NCBI GenBank assembly: GCA_043821285.1
Contig: JBDRCZ010000017.1
Coordinates: forward strand, 15,947 to 79,946
DNA: 64,000 nucleotides
Direction: 5' to 3'
DNA from: Candidatus Omnitrophota bacterium
GTDB lineage: Bacteria > Omnitrophota > Gorgyraeia > B26-G9 > JBDRCZ01
Positions 59,961 to 64,000 of the stretch are shown here, in pieces. The notes under the pieces were generated by a model, which was given only the letters and a program-made list of their open reading frames with translations, was not told the origin of the DNA and did not search any database. How positions within the stretch are numbered: position 1 is the stretch's first letter; each line of letters opens with the position of its first letter. Made by a program: the position numbers and the translations under genes.

Positions 59961-62900
59961 AAATTGCCTGTTCTATAGCATACACCATATCTAATTCAAA
60001 CAAGTTAATCTCTGGCGCATCATCCGGTTGAGATACAATCATTAGAGCAGTGCTTGGTTTTATAGGAGGATTATTTTGATCTAACTCATCTGGGTCATTG
60101 CGGAAAGACCCATATTCATCTTCGCTCCAGGGATAACAATATATTGAAGTTCCCCCATCCTTTTTTTTCTCAAGAAGACCGTATTCTGATAATCGATTAA
60201 GAACTGTCCTTACCCTGTCTGTGCCCATATATCTATAATTGCGGAATTCATCTCTCAATACCTCAGCAACCTCTGATGCTTTAAACTCCCTACCGTTAGC
60301 AAAATTCGCCCAGACTGTACGAAGTATAACTTTTTCATTACCGGGCTGATTGTTCTCCTGTAGTGTAATATTGTCCCAGTAAGATAAATATGATTGGTCA
60401 AATTCCTCTTTTGACAAATCCCGCAATTCCCGTTTATGTTCTTGGTCAATTGCTGCCATCTCACGATATACAATGCATTTGTTTAAGTGTGCGAGTGACA
60501 GCAATAACGGCACATTTTTTATCTGCCCCTTGTTTATTCTTTGCGTTTCTGATATTCTTAAAATCTGTTTATAATATTCTATTGTTTTGTCATAACACGA
60601 TAGTGCTTTTATATATTCTTCTTTATCATTTTGCTCAAAACCATTTTCCGCATATTCAGCGCCTTCTTCAGCATACCATGCAGCTGCTTCTGTAAAAATA
60701 TCTACTGCACCAGCAAAATATTTTTCCTTAATATATTTACTAGCTAACGCTTTATAAACATTAGCGGACATTGGCATACTGCTATCTGGATAAAATTGTT
60801 TTCCTGTTGACTGGTTACTAGTTCTCGTGTGTGATGGTATTATCATTCTTGCAGGTGTGCTACTTTGGGGAGAAACTCCATTATATGTTGTATCAAAACC
60901 CCTAGTATATGCGAATTGCCATTTTTGTGGTATGATATTTCGTAATACCTCCGCGATAAAGGCAGGTGGGGTTAAAATCCAATTTGCTACCTTGATTAAG
61001 GCTTCAGAATATCTTTTACCTTCTAATTTATCCTCCATCCATTTTAGTACTGTAGCGCGCTGCCAGAAGCCAAGATATTCTCCAAAGAAATAGAAAAATA
61101 CTACTGCTGCCCATCCTCCCACACCCGCCAGGTCAAAAGGTATAATTAAACGGCCCGCACCTCTATTTCTGAGTCTATCTTGTATAACAAAATGCGGCAG
61201 TGGGACATTAAACCTTAATATCTGCCTTTCTCTACTTAATATTAAATCAGCATTGCCTAAATTTGCTTTACCGATAACTTCATCTATAATACTCCTCACA
61301 ATCACTTTTTCTCGATTATTACACCCGCGGTAAATCGCTCTAAAATATTCTCTTAGTAGAGAACGGATCATTATAAGCTGAACATTGTCTTGTCTTATGT
61401 ATACTTCAGCAGCTGAACGTACTGCTATTTCAAGTGCTTCTTGTTTGTGCGCTGGCAATATTCTGTATGTCTGATTAGCCACTGTGCCCCTATCTTGTGT
61501 GACATAAGGGGCTATCACTTTAAAAAGTACATGCCGTGCATCTGCTTGAGAAAGATATACTAATCCTTTTAATGTGTCATCCATGACCGCTTTAGTTAAC
61601 GGGTGTTGTCCTGGATTTTGAATAGAACTGTAAATTCTAGCGATAATTTCTATATTAATTCTCTCTATAGGTGTAGAATCTATTTTAAATTCATAGCTTC
61701 CTACATCGTCTTTTCTAACGGTCTGCACAATTTCATTTACTTTTTGAATAATCTCTTGTCTTTCATCTTTTAAAAGGCCTATATCTTCTCTTGATAAAAA
61801 GCTTGCTAAAAACTCCAGTTCTAATGCTTGCTGAAGAGCATTTTCTGGAGAAAAATTATTAATCCCTTGTTTAAGAGCATCCATCATGGAAACTTCTAAG
61901 TTTATACCAGGGCGATAAGTGTGTAAAAAAAACCTTTTGATATTGATAAATTCTGGCAAAAGAATAACCTCTTTAGTGTCTAAATTTATAGTCTCATTTA
62001 TAGTTTCTTCTAATATAGAGCTAAACGGGCGAAGAAGTACTAATCTTTCATAAAGAGTCTCATCTGAATGAAAAAATGTTAAATAGATCACAAGTCTTAA
62101 ATAATAATCCGCCAGAAAAACACCATCTACAGTAAACTCTATGTTACCATCTTTATCTCTACGGCTTACAGTTAAACATTTGTACAAAAAATTATCTATC
62201 TCTGTAAGCATCCGATATAAGATTTCCATCGCGGTTTCTGTATTCTGTTCTAAGGCAAGCTCAAGAACATTAGTGACATTTGAGAAATCTTGCAAAACAA
62301 CATATTCTTTAAGAACACCCCATAGACTATCAAACAACTCATGGTCTTCACGATGATAAGCAAATGCAGCCAGGCCAACAAATGACGCTAAGTTTGCTTT
62401 TAAATTTAAACCGGTATTTATCAAATAGCTTATTTCCTTTTCTATATAAATGAGTATAATTTTAGAAACATCACCTCCGGCAATAAAGGTATAAACAATC
62501 ACTGCAAAAAGGGCGTCGTGTAATTCCTCATCTTCCGGAGATATATTTAATCGTTGAAGTATTTCAGCCAACACTGCTATTACCATATCAATTTCTTCGA
62601 TATTATCTTGTATATGCACGCGCATTTTATTAATAAAAAATACCAAAACATGGCGAAGTTCATTTTTTAGATGACTGTCCAATTTTTCCCAGTCTCCTTC
62701 TTCCGTTTCTGTTAAACTTTGTATTTCAGCTTGGACACGGTCTAATTCTTCATTCAACGAGTTTATTCTTTCTGTATTTGAAGGGGCCGGACTTCTCTGT
62801 CTCTGTCTTTGTCTCTGCCGCCTTGAGCTTCTTGGTTCTGACCTACGCTGTAAGTTTTGTATTTCCCGGGTAATCTCTTGCTCTCGCCCTTTCAGCGCCG

Positions 62901-64000
62901 TTAGTTCTTTTCTGCTGGCAATAATATGCTCTAATAAATTGCTTATATCTGTTTGTAATCGGTCATCTGCTGGTCTAACGACCGATGGTTGCTTATCTTC
63001 AGCAGTTGGTTGTTCTGTAGGAATTAATGCTATTGATACTTTTATCGGGTCATCAAACGGCCAATCAATACTTTGGCTTAGCATTCTCTGAAACTCCACA
63101 AATAATTCTTTACTGTTTTTTTGCCCATTAACCTGCTCTGCAAAAATTTCAAACATATCTTCTCTGGTAAGACTACCTTCAATTAACGGTCTAATATCGG
63201 CTGTAGATTCTACAAGAATCATACTAACCGAGCGCAGTGAATTTTCGATTGTATCAGCCTTAATAACCCTATCTTCTTTATCTTGCAAATATTCTCTGAT
63301 TAAATATTGCAGTGCTTCTCGGTTAACACTAAGGGTTGAGCTGGCAAAATACATTACTATCTCTAAATAGTACATCCGCATCTCTTGCTTTCTTGCCCCG
63401 GCAATTTTTTTGATAATTTCTTCAAAATAATCTTTATCCTCCTCAAGTTTATCTTGCCAGAGATTTGCTAACTGGTAAAGAGCCGTCCTTCTTGTATTTT
63501 CATCTCTACTTTCTCTTAGTTTTCTGATAAGCTGTGCTTCGCGCTGTGTAGCAAGATTTTGATAGATTTCATCTATTTCAAACAATATCTCCAATTTTTC
63601 TCTTAATTTTATTCTTTCATTACCCAAACGGCCATCATCCGTGCCTTGGAGAACTAAATTCCCTAATATCTCAATGGCACATCTCTTGCGCATCTTATTA
63701 AGCGGTGTGAAGTTATTAAAGGATGCTTCTATTAATACTAAACCCATTCTTTCTAAAGAAGCGCCTTGAGCAAAAAGGGTTCTAAAATATAGACCGATAT
63801 TATAGTGGTCCGGCGGCAGTTCTGTAAACATCTCTATTTCAGAACGGTCAACAATCTCTTGAAACAATATTTCGATTAAGATAGTTAGCAATCTGTAACG
63901 TCTATTTTCAACCCCAGTAAGATAGAGTACTAAACTATTAGTAAACTCCGCTAGACCAATTATTACTTCTTCTGGTAATTCGGCTGTTTTCAGTTCGGGT
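59959..64000 (-). CDS. giant-array member F (>1345 aa, 5' end beyond window): RQ-repeat, module paralogous to member C, TPR-like C-terminal region, EQAI tail
   Basis: Frame open to window edge; RRQRQRQRQRS; ~450-aa alignment with C; C-term ...VYAIEQAI. Confidence 0.7.
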   Translation of the reverse strand, partial: PELKTAELPEEVIIGLAEFTNSLVLYLTGVENRRYRLLTILIEILFQEIVDRSEIEMFTELPPDHYNIGLYFRTLFAQGASLERMGLVLIEASFNNFTPLNKMRKRCAIEILGNLVLQGTDDGRLGNERIKLREKLEILFEIDEIYQNLATQREAQLIRKLRESRDENTRRTALYQLANLWQDKLEEDKDYFEEIIKKIAGARKQEMRMYYLEIVMYFASSTLSVNREALQYLIREYLQDKEDRVIKADTIENSLRSVSMILVESTADIRPLIEGSLTREDMFEIFAEQVNGQKNSKELFVEFQRMLSQSIDWPFDDPIKVSIALIPTEQPTAEDKQPSVVRPADDRLQTDISNLLEHIIASRKELTALKGREQEITREIQNLQRRSEPRSSRRQRQRQRQRSPAPSNTERINSLNEELDRVQAEIQSLTETEEGDWEKLDSHLKNELRHVLVFFINKMRVHIQDNIEEIDMVIAVLAEILQRLNISPEDEELHDALFAVIVYTFIAGGDVSKIILIYIEKEISYLINTGLNLKANLASFVGLAAFAYHREDHELFDSLWGVLKEYVVLQDFSNVTNVLELALEQNTETAMEILYRMLTEIDNFLYKCLTVSRRDKDGNIEFTVDGVFLADYYLRLVIYLTFFHSDETLYERLVLLRPFSSILEETINETINLDTKEVILLPEFINIKRFFLHTYRPGINLEVSMMDALKQGINNFSPENALQQALELEFLASFLSREDIGLLKDERQEIIQKVNEIVQTVRKDDVGSYEFKIDSTPIERINIEIIARIYSSIQNPGQHPLTKAVMDDTLKGLVYLSQADARHVLFKVIAPYVTQDRGTVANQTYRILPAHKQEALEIAVRSAAEVYIRQDNVQLIMIRSLLREYFRAIYRGCNNREKVIVRSIIDEVIGKANLGNADLILSRERQILRFNVPLPHFVIQDRLRNRGAGRLIIPFDLAGVGGWAAVVFFYFFGEYLGFWQRATVLKWMEDKLEGKRYSEALIKVANWILTPPAFIAEVLRNIIPQKWQFAYTRGFDTTYNGVSPQSSTPARMIIPSHTRTSNQSTGKQFYPDSSMPMSANVYKALASKYIKEKYFAGAVDIFTEAAAWYAEEGAEYAENGFEQNDKEEYIKALSCYDKTIEYYKQILRISETQRINKGQIKNVPLLLSLAHLNKCIVYREMAAIDQEHKRELRDLSKEEFDQSYLSYWDNITLQENNQPGNEKVILRTVWANFANGREFKASEVAEVLRDEFRNYRYMGTDRVRTVLNRLSEYGLLEKKKDGGTSIYCYPWSEDEYGSFRNDPDELDQNNPPIKPSTALMIVSQPDDAPEINLFELDMVYAIEQAI

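Overview
AT-rich bacterial chromosomal window in two contrasting parts. Positions 1-29.5 kb are an ordinary, mostly plus-strand housekeeping stretch: thiC 3' end, tRNA-Gly(CCC), guaA, dnaE, a PilZ-PilT fusion, HU/IHF, hisS, dGTPase, a PilZ + GAF/HD-GYP c-di-GMP module, aroB, YjbQ, GNAT, MscS, an IS200-like transposase and an orphan H-NOX sensor. Positions 29.8-64 kb are a >34 kb head-to-tail array of six giant paralogous minus-strand genes (995, 2146, 2363, 1891, 1241 and >1345 aa). The five genes with an N-terminus in the window share a near-identical ~45-aa N-terminal leader (signal-peptide-like hydrophobic core + 'NLKxLxTHLAPPL' box). All six end in the same C-terminal '(A/I)EQAI' tail. Cargo regions are mosaic: tandem transketolase-like units, a methyltransferase-HD-PRTase-HAD fusion, HEAT-like repeats, internal TM bundles, NLS-like basic stretches and a ~450-aa module shared between two members. 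The array spacers are modular duplicates (palindromic terminators, 7-bp iteron arrays, conserved promoter-like boxes, a GC-rich 5'UTR hairpin box). One spacer carries a recent IS4/IS701-like insertion with intact 8-bp target duplication but an in-frame TAG in the transposase. I regard this tagged giant-protein array as the candidate undescribed system. A dispersed short-repeat family of phased ATYCGTG units ending in GTGGCTAAAAAA also recurs in housekeeping intergenic regions. All calls are from reading the sequence; no database searches were run.
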